Below, one piece after another: positions 63,271-64,000 of a stretch of DNA of 64,000 nucleotides. This DNA comes from Candidatus Poribacteria bacterium (lineage in GTDB: Bacteria > Poribacteria > WGA-4E > WGA-3G): the NCBI GenBank assembly GCA_965242965.1, contig OZ251518.1, positions 4,256,001 to 4,320,000 on the forward strand. The letters are read 5' to 3'. The number at the start of each line of letters is the position of its first letter. Within the stretch, counting starts at the first letter, position 1. Position numbers and translations under genes: made by a program. The notes beneath the pieces were generated by a model, which was given only the letters and a program-made list of their open reading frames with translations, did no database searches and was not told the origin of the DNA.

Positions 63271-64000
63271 ATGCACGATAACGAACATGCGTCACATCAT
63301 CACGAAGAAAGTTTTATTAGCAAATACCTCTTCTCGCTGGACCACAAGACTATCGGCAAGCAGTTCCTCATCTACGGACTGATAATGTTCTTCGTCGGCG
63401 GGGGGCTCGCGCTGCTCTTTCGATGGCAGCTCGCTTATCCCGAAAGACCGGTGCCTATCATCGGTGCCTCCGAAAAATACATGGAAGAAGGCGAAGTCGT
63501 CACCGGGGCCGACAGAATGTGGGAGCGGATTTACGACTCTGACGAGGAAGAATGGCTTGAGGTAACCATGCCGAACGGTGTCATCGAACCGGCATTTTAC
63601 AACATGCTGTTTACGATGCATGCCACTATCATGGTATTCTTCGTCGTCGTGCCGATTTTAGTCGGCGCGTTCGGCAATTTCCTCATCCCGCTTATGATTG
63701 GCACGCGGGACATGGCGTTTCCTATACTCAACATGCTATCCTTCTGGCTCGCCGTGCTAGCAGCCATTGTCATGGCAATCGGGTTTTTTGTTCCCGGGGG
63801 CCATGCAGCAGCGGGATGGACAGGCTACGCGCCGCTCTCGTCGGACCCGCAGTGGACAGGCGTTGACTGGGGGCAAAACCTCTGGGCAATCAGTTTACTG
63901 ATTCAGGGATTCTCATCGCTCGTCGGTTCAATTAACTACATCACGACAATTATCAACATGCGTGCGCCGGGCATGACGTTGTTCCGGATGCCGCTCGTCA
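63271..64000 (+). CDS. coxA: Cytochrome c oxidase subunit I (A family), runs off the window end
   Basis: Not in the ORF track. Manual translation: FSLDHKTIGKQF, YNMLFTMHATIMVFF, FGNFLIPLMIGTRDMAFP, GWTGYAPLS, NYITTIINMRAPGM. Confidence 0.93.
   Translation, partial: MHDNEHASHHHEESFISKYLFSLDHKTIGKQFLIYGLIMFFVGGGLALLFRWQLAYPERPVPIIGASEKYMEEGEVVTGADRMWERIYDSDEEEWLEVTMPNGVIEPAFYNMLFTMHATIMVFFVVVPILVGAFGNFLIPLMIGTRDMAFPILNMLSFWLAVLAAIVMAIGFFVPGGHAAAGWTGYAPLSSDPQWTGVDWGQNLWAISLLIQGFSSLVGSINYITTIINMRAPGMTLFRMPLV

Noticed and set aside
1-64000. rRNA, tRNA, diversity-generating retroelement or prophage
   Set aside because: None recognised by eye; no reverse transcriptase, integrase or phage structural genes. 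A tRNAscan/Rfam run was not possible.

Overview
Bacterial DNA of moderately high GC. Gene content and repeat style suggest Candidatus Poribacteria or a similar lineage (inference, no database check). From 1 to 46.6 kb is a patchwork: an ECF sigma/ZAS anti-sigma pair, two giant lamin-tail-domain surface proteins, carbohydrate-binding and beta-propeller secreted proteins, a cysC-FAH-DSD1-ybjQ operon, ThDP enzyme, sulfatase, Rpn and Uma2 nucleases, two orphan DNA methyltransferases, a TIR protein and a planctomycete-type cytochrome c/WD40 + DUF1549/1553 + DUF1501 + PPC cluster. Most of the longer intergenic gaps there hold GTAG-footed REP-like hairpin clusters. From 46.7 kb to the end is one co-directional respiratory supercluster: Rieske/split cytochrome b, octaheme cytochrome c, a cydB-less bd-like subunit with c-cytochromes and two cupredoxins, an ABC-2 exporter and an A-family heme-copper oxidase. 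Top observations: (1) the cytochrome c/WD40 gene appears to read through an in-frame TGA (31795-31797), followed by a SECIS-like hairpin, into an HMA domain GMT-U-GAC, making it a probable exported selenoprotein; (2) a Nitrospira/anammox-like bd-like electron-transfer module with no NxrAB in the window; (3) an 18-aa C-terminal tag shared by four secreted proteins; (4) a ~460-nt leader with tandem structured repeats upstream of a surface protein gene.
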